DNA of 64,000 nucleotides from Rudaea sp. (GTDB lineage Bacteria; Pseudomonadota; Gammaproteobacteria; Xanthomonadales; Rhodanobacteraceae): assembly GCF_036560865.1 (NCBI RefSeq), contig NZ_DATBQK010000022.1, forward strand, positions 7,493 to 71,492, in the 5' to 3' direction. The position numbers and the translations under genes were made by a program. Position 1 is the stretch's first letter; the number at the start of each line of letters is the position of its first letter. The notes under the pieces are model-generated. The model was not told where the DNA came from and did not search any database. It was given only the letters and a program-made list of their open reading frames with translations. Shown here in pieces: positions 29,970-38,349 of the stretch.

Positions 29970-30113
29970 GGGACTCGGGACTCGGGACTCGGGACTCGCG
30001 AGAACGGCTTCGTCACGGAAATCCGGCGTGTCATGTCTACAAATGAAAAGCATATGCACCATTCTATAATTCTTGATTGCCGATAGTTGGCCGAGTCCCG
30101 AGTCCCGAGTCCC
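29970..30113. repeat. Inverted heptamer arrays: (GGGACTC)x4 at 29970-29997 and (GAGTCCC)x3 at 30093-30113, flanking a 95-bp AT-rich spacer
   Basis: Read directly. The arrays fill almost the whole gspF-ftsE intergenic region. One abuts the gspF stop and the other lies 15 nt from the ftsE ATG. Confidence 0.9.
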
Positions 30114-30118
30114 GGCTT

Positions 30119-31327
30119 TCACTTCACCATCTGATTCAAATCAAAGATCGGCAAGAGTATCGCCAGCACGATGAACAGCACCATCGCGCCGACCAGCAGA
30201 ATCACCAGCGGCCCGAGAATCGCGGTGAGCGCGGTCATCCAGCGATCGAGTTCGCGCTGTTGGTGGTTCGCCGCCTCATCGAGCATGCGTTCGAGTTCAC
30301 CCGCGCGTTCGCCGCTGGCGATCAGGCGCAACGTGACTGGCGGAAAATAACCGCTCTCGCCCAGGCTGCGCGAAAACCCGCTGCCCTCGCGCAGCTTGAC
30401 CGCGGCACGGCGCACGGCCGCGCGCATCGGCAGGTTCGGCATCACCTGCGCGCTGATATTGAGCGAATCGAGCAGTGGCACCGCGCTCGCGGTGAGCAGA
30501 GCAAGCGTGCGCGTGCAGCGCGCCGTGTTCGCCGCGCGCACGAGACGGCCGACCAGCGGCAGGCGCAGCAGCAGCCCGTGCCAGGCCGTGCGCACGCGCT
30601 CGGTATGCAGGGCGAGACGTCCGCCGATCGCCGCAATCACGATCAATACCAGCAGGAGCAGTCCCCAGGCTTTGACGAATTCGCTCAGCGCAATCAGCGC
30701 GCGCGTCGGCCACGGCAAGGCCTGGTGCATCTGGGTGAAGACGCCGACGATCTGCGGCACGACGTAGACGAGCAGGCCCGTCACCACGGCGACCGCAACC
30801 ACGCTCAGCAGCAATGGATAAATCAGTGCGGCCCAGATCTTCTGGTTCAGCGCATCGCGCGCTTCGCTGTAATCGGCAAGCCGCGCGAGCACCGTATCCA
30901 AACGTCCGGACTGTTCGCCGGCCGCAACCGACGCACGATAGATTTCCGGAAAACTTTCCGGCGCCTCGGCCAAGCCCGCCGCGAGAGACGAGCCTTCGAG
31001 TACACGCGCACGCAAATTCGCAACCAGCGCGCGCGAACGCGAATCCTCGTTCTGTTCACCGAGCGCGGCGAGCGCCTCGTCGACCGGCAGTCCGGCCTTG
31101 AGCAGGGTCGCCAGCTGGCGCGTGAGCAGGGCAAGCTGCGCGCCGCTCAGGCCGCGCCGGCCGAACAGCAGCGAACGTGATTGCGCCTCGGCGACCGGCG
31201 CGACATCGAGTGGATTCAGGCCGCGCTCGCGCAGCGTCGCGCGCACCGCGCGCGCGGTGTCGCCCTGCATGACGCCGCGTTGCGTCTTGCCGCCTTGATC
31301 CAGAGCCTGGTAGGCGAATGCGGGCAC
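30119..31327 (-). CDS. gspF: Type II secretion system inner-membrane platform protein GspF
   Basis: VPAFAYQALDQGGKTQRGVMQGDTARAVRATLRERGLNPL is the typical GspF N-terminus. Two T2SSF repeats and 3 TM helices. The GTG 31327 start gives 402 aa; the ORF-track start at 31384 would overlap the upstream permease gene. Confidence 0.9.
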   Translation of the reverse strand: MPAFAYQALDQGGKTQRGVMQGDTARAVRATLRERGLNPLDVAPVAEAQSRSLLFGRRGLSGAQLALLTRQLATLLKAGLPVDEALAALGEQNEDSRSRALVANLRARVLEGSSLAAGLAEAPESFPEIYRASVAAGEQSGRLDTVLARLADYSEARDALNQKIWAALIYPLLLSVVAVAVVTGLLVYVVPQIVGVFTQMHQALPWPTRALIALSEFVKAWGLLLLVLIVIAAIGGRLALHTERVRTAWHGLLLRLPLVGRLVRAANTARCTRTLALLTASAVPLLDSLNISAQVMPNLPMRAAVRRAAVKLREGSGFSRSLGESGYFPPVTLRLIASGERAGELERMLDEAANHQQRELDRWMTALTAILGPLVILLVGAMVLFIVLAILLPIFDLNQMVK

Positions 31328-31334
31328 CGCGGAC

Positions 31335-32777
31335 CTAAGGTTGCTCGCTTTGCGCCAACTTGCTGTGGCGCATGCCATAGGCAAAGTACACCAGCAGACC
31401 GAGGCTGATCCATGCGAGGAACACCATCCAGGTGATCGCGGCGAGTTCGCTCAGCAGCCAGATAGAAAAAAGTATACCGATGACCGGCACGAACGGCACC
31501 CATGGCGTGCGGAATGCGCGTGCCAGCTCAGGCTTGCGCACGCGCAGCATGATCACGGCGCTGCAAATCACGATGAATGCCGAAAGTACGCCGATGTTGA
31601 CGAGTTTTGCGACTTCGCCTAGCGGGAACAGACCGGCGACCACCGCAGTGAACAAACCCAGCGCGATCGTCGGCCGGTGCGGCGTGCCGTAGCGCGGATG
31701 CACTTTCGCGAACCACCCCGGCAGCAGGCCATCGCGCGCCAGCGCAAACCAGATGCGTGCCGCGCCGAGCATGAACGCGAAGATCACGCTGAGGATGCTG
31801 GCGATGGCCGTCGCCGAAATCGCCGCACCGATCCACTTCATGCCCAGCGCCTGAAACGCCTCCGCGACCGGCGCTTCGTTGCCGAGTTGCGTGTACGGCA
31901 CCATGCCGGTCAACACCAGCGTGATCGTGATGTACAGCGCCATCGAGATGCCGAGCGACAACAGGATCGCACGCGGCAGGTCGCGTTGCGGGTTCTTCGC
32001 CTCTTCGGCCGCGGTGGTCAGCGTGTCGTAACCAAACACGGCGAAGAACACCACGGCCGCGGCGGTGACGACTCCTGACCATCCGAAATGTGCAACGCCT
32101 TGCGCATCGACGACGCGCTCCGGAACGAACGGATGCCAGTTCGCCGGGTTGACGTAAAAGATGCCGACGCCGATCACGAGTATCACGGCGACGATCTTGA
32201 TCGCGACGATCAGCGTGTTGGCGCGCGCGCCCCACTCCGTGCGCAGCGTCAGCAGCACGGCAACCGACATTGCGACCACCGCGGCGATCAGGTTGAAGAC
32301 GTGACCCTCGCCCGAACCCTGCGCGCCACGCAACGCTACCGGCAAATGGATGCCGAACGCGTCGAGCAGATTGAGCACATAGCCGGACCAGCCGCTCGCG
32401 ACCGCGGCGACGATCAACGCATACTCGAGCAGCAGATCCCAGCCGATCAGCCAGGCCACGCCCTCGCCGAGCACCGCGTAGCCATAGGTGTAGGCGCTGC
32501 CGGTGACCGGAATCAGGCCGGCGAATTCCGCGTAACACAGCGCGGCCGCCGTGCTGGCGATGCCGGCGATGATGAACGACAGCGCCACCGCGGGTCCCGC
32601 GTTTGCCGCGGCCTGCTGTCCGGCCAGCACGAAGATACCGACGCCAATGATGCCGCCCAGACCGATTGCGGTGAGCTGCCAGAGTCCGAGCACGCGCCGG
32701 AAATCCTTGCGCGTGCCCAGATCGGCCTGCAACTGTTCGATCGATTTGTGCCGCGTGAGTTGCGCGATCAGACTCAT
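31335..32777 (-). CDS. APC-family amino acid permease (cationic amino acid transporter-like)
   Basis: 480 aa, 12-14 TM helices, N-terminal LGLWQLTAIGLGGIIGVGIFVLAG motif. Confidence 0.85.
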   Translation of the reverse strand: MSLIAQLTRHKSIEQLQADLGTRKDFRRVLGLWQLTAIGLGGIIGVGIFVLAGQQAAANAGPAVALSFIIAGIASTAAALCYAEFAGLIPVTGSAYTYGYAVLGEGVAWLIGWDLLLEYALIVAAVASGWSGYVLNLLDAFGIHLPVALRGAQGSGEGHVFNLIAAVVAMSVAVLLTLRTEWGARANTLIVAIKIVAVILVIGVGIFYVNPANWHPFVPERVVDAQGVAHFGWSGVVTAAAVVFFAVFGYDTLTTAAEEAKNPQRDLPRAILLSLGISMALYITITLVLTGMVPYTQLGNEAPVAEAFQALGMKWIGAAISATAIASILSVIFAFMLGAARIWFALARDGLLPGWFAKVHPRYGTPHRPTIALGLFTAVVAGLFPLGEVAKLVNIGVLSAFIVICSAVIMLRVRKPELARAFRTPWVPFVPVIGILFSIWLLSELAAITWMVFLAWISLGLLVYFAYGMRHSKLAQSEQP

Positions 32778-32831
32778 GACTCTCCCCGGGTAATCAGCGC
32801 GGCGATGATACCGGAGTTCCGCGCCCGGACT

Positions 32832-33314
32832 TCAACCCTCGCGCAGCTGCAGCGAGACCTGTTTCTTGCCGCCGCCGAGCCACTGCGTGCCGACTTCGCG
32901 GAAACCGTAGCGTTGATGGAATTTTGCCGAAGGCGGATTCGGCGGATCCAGATCGAACTCGCAAGTCAGACGCGCAACGCTGCTGCGCGCGGCAAACGCG
33001 AGGATATCGTCGTAGAGTTTCGCACCGAGACCCTGACCTTGCGCCGCGCGCGCGACGACCACGCGATCGATGTACAGGAATGCCGGGTAATGCCGCGCAA
33101 ACCATCGATAGTTCGGACTGTCGTAGTCCGCGCCTTCGCGGAACGCAAGCAGGAATGCCACCACGCGGCCTTCCATTTCGACGACGCGATGATAGGCAGC
33201 CTGCGCATGCAGATGACGCAGACGGGTCTCATCGAGCGGACTCAGGAAATGCACTGATTCGGCATTGAGCGCGAGGATGGTTGGGAAATCGTTCGCTGCA
33301 GCGATGCGGATCAT
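32832..33314 (-). CDS. GNAT-family N-acetyltransferase
   Basis: 160 aa. Acetyl-CoA motif IDRVVVARAAQGQGLGAKLYDDI and C-terminal FHQRYGFREVG. No clear SD. Confidence 0.75.
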   Translation of the reverse strand: MIRIAAANDFPTILALNAESVHFLSPLDETRLRHLHAQAAYHRVVEMEGRVVAFLLAFREGADYDSPNYRWFARHYPAFLYIDRVVVARAAQGQGLGAKLYDDILAFAARSSVARLTCEFDLDPPNPPSAKFHQRYGFREVGTQWLGGGKKQVSLQLREG

Positions 33315-33624
33315 CTAACCGAAAGTGGTTTTGCGAGATCTGACGCCGAGACGGAATCTCCACCATGTCCCCAGAAAAACGCCAATCACGGCTCTCGAAA
33401 TCTTCAACTTGGCTTGCGATGAAGGACATAGCCAAACCGACGGCTTGCCAAGCATCGACACCCGCAATGCGGTGGGACCTCTTCTCAAGTCCATCGAGTG
33501 TCGCTTCCGCAAGCCACTCCCCGCGAGGCTGAAGCGACGGCACGCCAACCCTCAGGACGATTTCGTGTTCGATTCCTTCCGGATCGACAGCAACCCATAC
33601 CCTGCTCGCGGCAACTGCATCCAT
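33229..33624 (-). CDS. Small hypothetical protein (about 57% GC by hand count); its 3' end runs 86 nt into the GNAT gene
   Basis: The ATG directly abuts the gspE stop (TAGATG). MDAVAASRVWVAVDPEGIEHEIVLRVGVPSLQPRGEWLAEATLDGLEKRSHRIAGVDAWQAVGLAMSFIASQVEDFESRDWRF looks protein-like. The last ~40 codons look like out-of-frame read-through. Confidence 0.45.
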   Translation of the reverse strand: MDAVAASRVWVAVDPEGIEHEIVLRVGVPSLQPRGEWLAEATLDGLEKRSHRIAGVDAWQAVGLAMSFIASQVEDFESRDWRFSGDMVEIPSRRQISQNHFRLDDPHRCSERFPNHPRAQCRISAFPESAR

Positions 33625-35118
33625 CTACTCCTCCCGCGTTACCCGCAACACTTCCTCGGTCGAGGTGATGCCGGCAAGGCACTTGCGCCAGCCGTCGTCG
33701 AGCATCGCCGGCGTGCGCGTGCGCGCGTGGCGTTCGAGGTCGGCCTCGGCCGCGCTCGCGTGGATCAGGCGGCGCATGGTTTCGTCGACGACGACGTATT
33801 CGTAGATGCCGGTGCGGCCACGGTAGCCGGCGTGACGATTACCGTTCCCTGCGGCGGGCCGATACACGCTCGCGTGCGCGTCGGCGGGTTGGCCAAACGC
33901 GGCGAGTTCGCGCGCGCTGGCGCTGTCCATTGCGCGCGTGGCCGGATCGAGCACGCGCACGAGGCGCTGGGCGAGTACGCCGAGCAGCGATGACGACAGC
34001 AGAAATGGCTCGACGCCCATGTCGCGCAGGCGCGTGACCGCGCCGACGGCCGAATTGGTGTGCAGAGTCGACAGCACCAGGTGCCCGGTCAACGACGCCT
34101 GCACCGCGATCTGCGCGGTTTCGAGGTCGCGGATTTCGCCGACCATGACGACGTCAGGATCCTGGCGCAGGATCGCGCGCAGACCGCGCGCGAAGCTCAT
34201 GTCGACGCGCGTGTTGACCTGGGTCTGACCAACGCCGTCGATGTAGTACTCGATCGGATCCTCGACCGTCATGATGTTGCGGCTGCGGTCGTTGAGCTTG
34301 AGCAGCGAGGCGTACAGCGTCGTGCTCTTGCCCGAACCGGTGGGACCGGTGACCAGCAGTATGCCGTGCGGGCGCTCGATCGTTTCGCTCAGGTGGACGA
34401 GCGTCTCCGCACCCATGCCGAGCTGGGCGAGATCGAGCTTGCCGGCCTGTTTGTCGAGTAGGCGCAGCACCACGCGTTCGCCATGGCCGGCTGGAATCGT
34501 CGACACGCGCACATCGACCGGACGCCCGCCGATACGCAGGCTGATGCGGCCATCCTGCGGCAGACGCTTCTCGGCGATATCAAGTTTGGCCATCACCTTG
34601 ACGCGCGAAACCACGGCGCTGGCAATCGCCTTCTGCGAGGCAAGCGCTTCGCGCAGCACACCGTCGATGCGAAAGCGCACGACGAGGCGGTTCTCGAACG
34701 GTTCAATATGGATATCCGACGCGCCCTCTTTCACCGCCTCGGTGAGCAGCGCGTTGATCAGGCGGATGATCGGCGCGTCGTCCTCGGATTCGAGCAGATC
34801 GTCGGGCTCGGGCAATTCGTCGGCGAGGGTTTTCAGATCCAGATCGTCGCCGAACGATCCGTCGAAATCGGCAACCATCGCGCGCGCATCGTCGCCCTCT
34901 TCGTAGAGCGCGCGCAGCAGACGCTCGAAGCCCGCGCTGTCGTGCCTATGCAGATGCAGTGGTACGCCCAGATAACGGCGCAGCTCGGCCAGCGCTTCGG
35001 GTTTCACGCCATCGCGATAGGCGACATCGGCCGCATCGTCGCGCCATGCGATCAGCGTCGCGCCGTTGCGCCGGGCGAAACCGAACCCAGGGCGTGGCGG
35101 ATGCGTTTGGGCAGTCAT
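33625..35118 (-). CDS. gspE: Type II secretion ATPase GspE (Xps/Xcs-type, lacking the tetracysteine motif)
   Basis: Walker A VTGPTGSGKSTTL, Asp box, Walker B DPDVVMVGEIRD, His box TGHLVLSTLHTN, and an N1E-like N-terminus. ATG 35118 lies 10 nt after the gspD stop. Confidence 0.9.
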   Translation of the reverse strand: MTAQTHPPRPGFGFARRNGATLIAWRDDAADVAYRDGVKPEALAELRRYLGVPLHLHRHDSAGFERLLRALYEEGDDARAMVADFDGSFGDDLDLKTLADELPEPDDLLESEDDAPIIRLINALLTEAVKEGASDIHIEPFENRLVVRFRIDGVLREALASQKAIASAVVSRVKVMAKLDIAEKRLPQDGRISLRIGGRPVDVRVSTIPAGHGERVVLRLLDKQAGKLDLAQLGMGAETLVHLSETIERPHGILLVTGPTGSGKSTTLYASLLKLNDRSRNIMTVEDPIEYYIDGVGQTQVNTRVDMSFARGLRAILRQDPDVVMVGEIRDLETAQIAVQASLTGHLVLSTLHTNSAVGAVTRLRDMGVEPFLLSSSLLGVLAQRLVRVLDPATRAMDSASARELAAFGQPADAHASVYRPAAGNGNRHAGYRGRTGIYEYVVVDETMRRLIHASAAEADLERHARTRTPAMLDDGWRKCLAGITSTEEVLRVTREE

Positions 35119-35128
35119 TGCGCCGCCG

Positions 35129-37267
35129 TTATTGATGCTTGCCGGCCGGCGCCGCTTGTGCGCGCGTCCCGTCGAGCGGAGGGCTGGCGAGGAAGTCGTG
35201 CACATCGGGCAACATCGGCATGTTGATCGGCGGCGTGACGATCTCGCTGTTCTGGCGCATCTGCAGTTGCTCGGTTCGTATATAATTATACTTTTCGCTG
35301 GAGACCGAAGCTTCGGTTGCCGGATCGCGCAGAATACGCGGATGCAGAAACACCATGAGATTCTGCTTCTGGTGGCTGTTGCTGCGATAGCGGAACAAAT
35401 TGCCAAGCAGTGGAATGTCGCCGAGGCCTGGCACTTTCTGCACGTTGTCCTGCACGTTGTCCGAAATCAAGCCGCCGAGCACGAGCACGGCATCGTCCTT
35501 GATCAGCACCGTGGTCTGGATCTCGCGCTTGTTGGTGACCAGGTCGCTGGCGCCGCTGACCGGCGGCGCCAGCGACGAGACTTCCTGATGGATATCGAGC
35601 TTGACCGTATCGCCTTCGTTGATATGCGGCGTCACGGTGAGTGTGATGCCCACGTCTTTGCGCTGAATCGTCTGGAACGGATTGCTGATGCCGGTGGTCG
35701 CCGTGCCCGTGCCGCCGGTGTTGACCGTGGTGCCGGTATTGGTCGAATAGGAACCGGTGACGAAGGGCACTTCCTGGCCGACCTTGACGATCGCCTGCTG
35801 GTTGTCCAGCGTCGTCACCGACGGCGTAGACAGGATATTGTTCTTGCCATTGCTGCGCAGCGCGGTGACCAAGGCGCCCAGCTGCACCAGCTTATGCCCG
35901 CCCACGGAGATGCTTTCCAGGTAGCCCAGATTGAAGCCGTTGCCGAGCGATATGCTCGGCGGCACGCCGTTCAGGCCCGCGCTTGCGCCGATGATGTTGT
36001 TGCCCGCGGCGCTGCTGTTGCCGCTGGTGAAATTGGTGCCGCCGATGATGTGCCTGTCGCCCGACTGCCACTGCACGCCGAGTTCGTTCGCGGTTTCCTC
36101 GGAGACCTCGGCGATCACCGCTTCGATCAACACCTGCTGGCGCCGGATGTCGAGCTTGTGGATCACATCCGCCAACGAACGGAATACCGCTGGCGGCGCA
36201 CTGATGACCAGCGCATTGGTGTCTTCGTGCGCCTGGATGGTGGCCAGGCTGCCGCCCTGCGCGCCGGCGCCGGTCAACGCATTGCTCGCCACCGCGGAAT
36301 TGGCCGCATTCGCGCCGCGGCCGGGCACCGCTTCGCCGGTCAGCGTCGCGGCGACGCCCTGCAGGATCGGCACCAGATCCTTGGCGCTGGCATAGTGCAG
36401 ATAGACCACATTGGTATCGCCGCCGTTGGCGACCGGCGTATCCAGATGCGTGATCAACGCGCGCAGGCGCAGGCGCCCGCTTTTTCCGCCCGACAGCAGG
36501 ATCGAATTGGTGCGCGTATCGGCGAATACCTTGGGCGAGTCGCCGGTCGCGTCGGCGGCCTTGTTCTCACTCAGTGCGGTCAGCGTGCGCGCGATTTCAG
36601 CCGCGTTCGCATGCTGCATCGGAATCATCTCGACCTGCGCGTCGGACACCGTGTCGATGCGCTGCACGATGCTGACGATGCGCGCGACATTGCCGGCGCG
36701 GTCGGACACGACCAGCGAATTGGAACCCGCATGCGCGATCAGCTGCGCGCCTTGCGGCATCAGCGGACGCAGGATCGGCACCAGTTCGGTCGCGCTCACG
36801 TGCTTGACCGGCACGATCTGGGTGACGAGCTCGTCGGCGGTCTGTGCGGGCGCGCTGCTCAGGCCCGCCGAACCGTCCTGCTGGGCGGCGGCTTCGGGCT
36901 CGATCTTGATCATGCTGCCGGCCGAAACCGCGGCGAAGCCGTGCACGCGCAGCACCGAGAGAAACACATCGTAGATTTCGTCCGGGCGCATCGGCTTGGC
37001 CGAGATCACGGTGACCTTGCCCTGCACGTTTGGCGCGAGGATGAAGTTCTTGCCGGTGATTTCCGACACCGTGGCGACCAGCACGCCGATATCCGCATCC
37101 TTGAGATTCAGCGTATGCGTGCCCGGCGGATTCTTCGCCGCGCTGGCGCTGCCCGCGTTTTGCGCGGCCACGGCAAGGTCCGCGCCGGTCAGCGCAACCG
37201 CGGCGGCGATGAACAATGGAACGGCTGCGATCAGGACCGACGCGACGCGCAAGGGGCGAAGTAGCAT
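35129..37267 (-). CDS. gspD: Type II secretion outer-membrane secretin GspD
   Basis: 712 aa. Signal peptide, N0-N3 domains (LNLKDADIGVLVATVSEITGKNFIL...) and C-terminal secretin core (VLGGLISDN...KVPGLGDIPLLGNLFR). Confidence 0.9.
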   Translation of the reverse strand: MLLRPLRVASVLIAAVPLFIAAAVALTGADLAVAAQNAGSASAAKNPPGTHTLNLKDADIGVLVATVSEITGKNFILAPNVQGKVTVISAKPMRPDEIYDVFLSVLRVHGFAAVSAGSMIKIEPEAAAQQDGSAGLSSAPAQTADELVTQIVPVKHVSATELVPILRPLMPQGAQLIAHAGSNSLVVSDRAGNVARIVSIVQRIDTVSDAQVEMIPMQHANAAEIARTLTALSENKAADATGDSPKVFADTRTNSILLSGGKSGRLRLRALITHLDTPVANGGDTNVVYLHYASAKDLVPILQGVAATLTGEAVPGRGANAANSAVASNALTGAGAQGGSLATIQAHEDTNALVISAPPAVFRSLADVIHKLDIRRQQVLIEAVIAEVSEETANELGVQWQSGDRHIIGGTNFTSGNSSAAGNNIIGASAGLNGVPPSISLGNGFNLGYLESISVGGHKLVQLGALVTALRSNGKNNILSTPSVTTLDNQQAIVKVGQEVPFVTGSYSTNTGTTVNTGGTGTATTGISNPFQTIQRKDVGITLTVTPHINEGDTVKLDIHQEVSSLAPPVSGASDLVTNKREIQTTVLIKDDAVLVLGGLISDNVQDNVQKVPGLGDIPLLGNLFRYRSNSHQKQNLMVFLHPRILRDPATEASVSSEKYNYIRTEQLQMRQNSEIVTPPINMPMLPDVHDFLASPPLDGTRAQAAPAGKHQ

Positions 37268-37296
37268 TCTATATTTCTCTACTAGAGAGTCGCTTT

Positions 37297-37441
37297 CTGA
37301 AGCAGGCGCAAGACGTAGCGAGCGAAGACAGATTGTGTGTCGCCGGAGCGCAGGAAGCGGAGTGTACGTTGAAGTACATGAGCATTCCGAGCACCGCCGG
37401 CGCACAAGCTGACGAGCGCAGTAGTCTTGCGCCTGCTTCAG
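37297..37441. repeat. 145-bp MITE/REP-like element with perfect 18-bp terminal inverted repeats (ctgaagcaggcgcaagac / gtcttgcgcctgcttcag)
   Basis: Arms at 37297-37314 and 37424-37441. The core ggagtgtacgttgaagtacatgagcattcc resembles the inner unit of the 1329-2020 palindrome (gaatgtacatggatgtacatcaagcgaa). It occupies most of the gspC-gspD spacer. Confidence 0.8.
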
Positions 37442-37446
37442 CGAGA

Positions 37447-38337
37447 TTATCGCAAATTGAGGGTAAGGGTAGCGGGTCTGCCGTCACGCTGCACGGTGAT
37501 TTGCAGGCTTGACGCGTTGCCGAGCTGGTCGAGCAATTGCTGCGGGTTGGAGACGCTCGACAGCGGCGTACCGTTGACCGCGGTGACCATATCGGTGGGC
37601 TTGAGCCCGATCTGGTTCATCAACGCCGCCGCCGCGCCGCTGCCGGACAGATGCGCGCCGGTGATCTTGCCACCGTCGAACACCGGTTCGAACTGCACCT
37701 GGCGCGCGAGATCGGCCGCGTTCATGCGTGCGAGCGCGCCGGGATTGCCCGCACGCACGGCAGCGGAATTGGCGCCGGCATTCGGCGCGTAACCGGGCGG
37801 CACGCTTGCCGCGGTGCCAGGAGCGCGAACCGTCGCACGATCGGCGCTCGGCGCGGCGTACTCGTCGGGACGCGGCAACTGCAGGCTTTCGGCCACGCCG
37901 TCGTGGCTCAGCACGACGTGATCGGTGTACACCTCGGTCAATTTCGCACTGCCGGCAACCGCATCGCCGACGTTGTAGCTGTGTTCGACATTCTGTTCGT
38001 CGGCGATGATGGCGATGCCGGCCTTCGCGTCGGACATCGCCAAGGTGCCGCGCAGAACCAGCTTGAGCGCGGTCTTCGGCGCATTCAGCGCGCGTGCGGC
38101 GAGATCCACGGTCTGTGGGTTGCCGAACAGATGCCACTGCGCCACGGAAGCTGCCGCGGTCGCCGGCGCCACATTCGGCACGGCTGGCGCGAGCGCGGAG
38201 TCGCCGGCGCGCGGCACGAACAACCAGATCACGCGCACGAGCAGCCAGATGCAGAGCAGTCCGGCGAGCGCACACGCCGCGCGCGCCGCGAATTTTGACG
38301 TGCGCTCTGTGTCGGCGGCGGACAGCGGATTGAGCAT
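37447..38337 (-). CDS. gspC: Type II secretion protein GspC (N-terminal TM, HR region, C-terminal PDZ)
   Basis: TM ACALAGLLCIWLLVRVIWLF, WHLFG motif, PDZ-like GLKPTDMVTAVNGTPLSS...LQITVQRDGR. Sits upstream of gspD. Confidence 0.75.
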   Translation of the reverse strand: MLNPLSAADTERTSKFAARAACALAGLLCIWLLVRVIWLFVPRAGDSALAPAVPNVAPATAAASVAQWHLFGNPQTVDLAARALNAPKTALKLVLRGTLAMSDAKAGIAIIADEQNVEHSYNVGDAVAGSAKLTEVYTDHVVLSHDGVAESLQLPRPDEYAAPSADRATVRAPGTAASVPPGYAPNAGANSAAVRAGNPGALARMNAADLARQVQFEPVFDGGKITGAHLSGSGAAAALMNQIGLKPTDMVTAVNGTPLSSVSNPQQLLDQLGNASSLQITVQRDGRPATLTLNLR

Positions 38338-38349
38338 GCGTGTGCGGCG

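Noticed and set aside
29970-30113. Heptamer tandem arrays (here and at 59613-59696) as a CRISPR or other spacer-repeat array
   Set aside because: The units are 7 nt and contiguous with no spacers. The arrays occur as inverted pairs. No cas genes are present.
32832-33624. The small upstream ORF plus overlapping GNAT gene as a TacA/TacT-type (GNAT toxin) TA pair
   Set aside because: The GNAT resembles the widespread housekeeping-type small acetyltransferases (NAESV..LSP, NYRWF, FLYIDRVVV) rather than tRNA-acetylating toxins. The upstream ORF has no RHH/DUF1778-like N-terminus. The 86-nt overlap looks like lost-stop read-through, not designed coupling.
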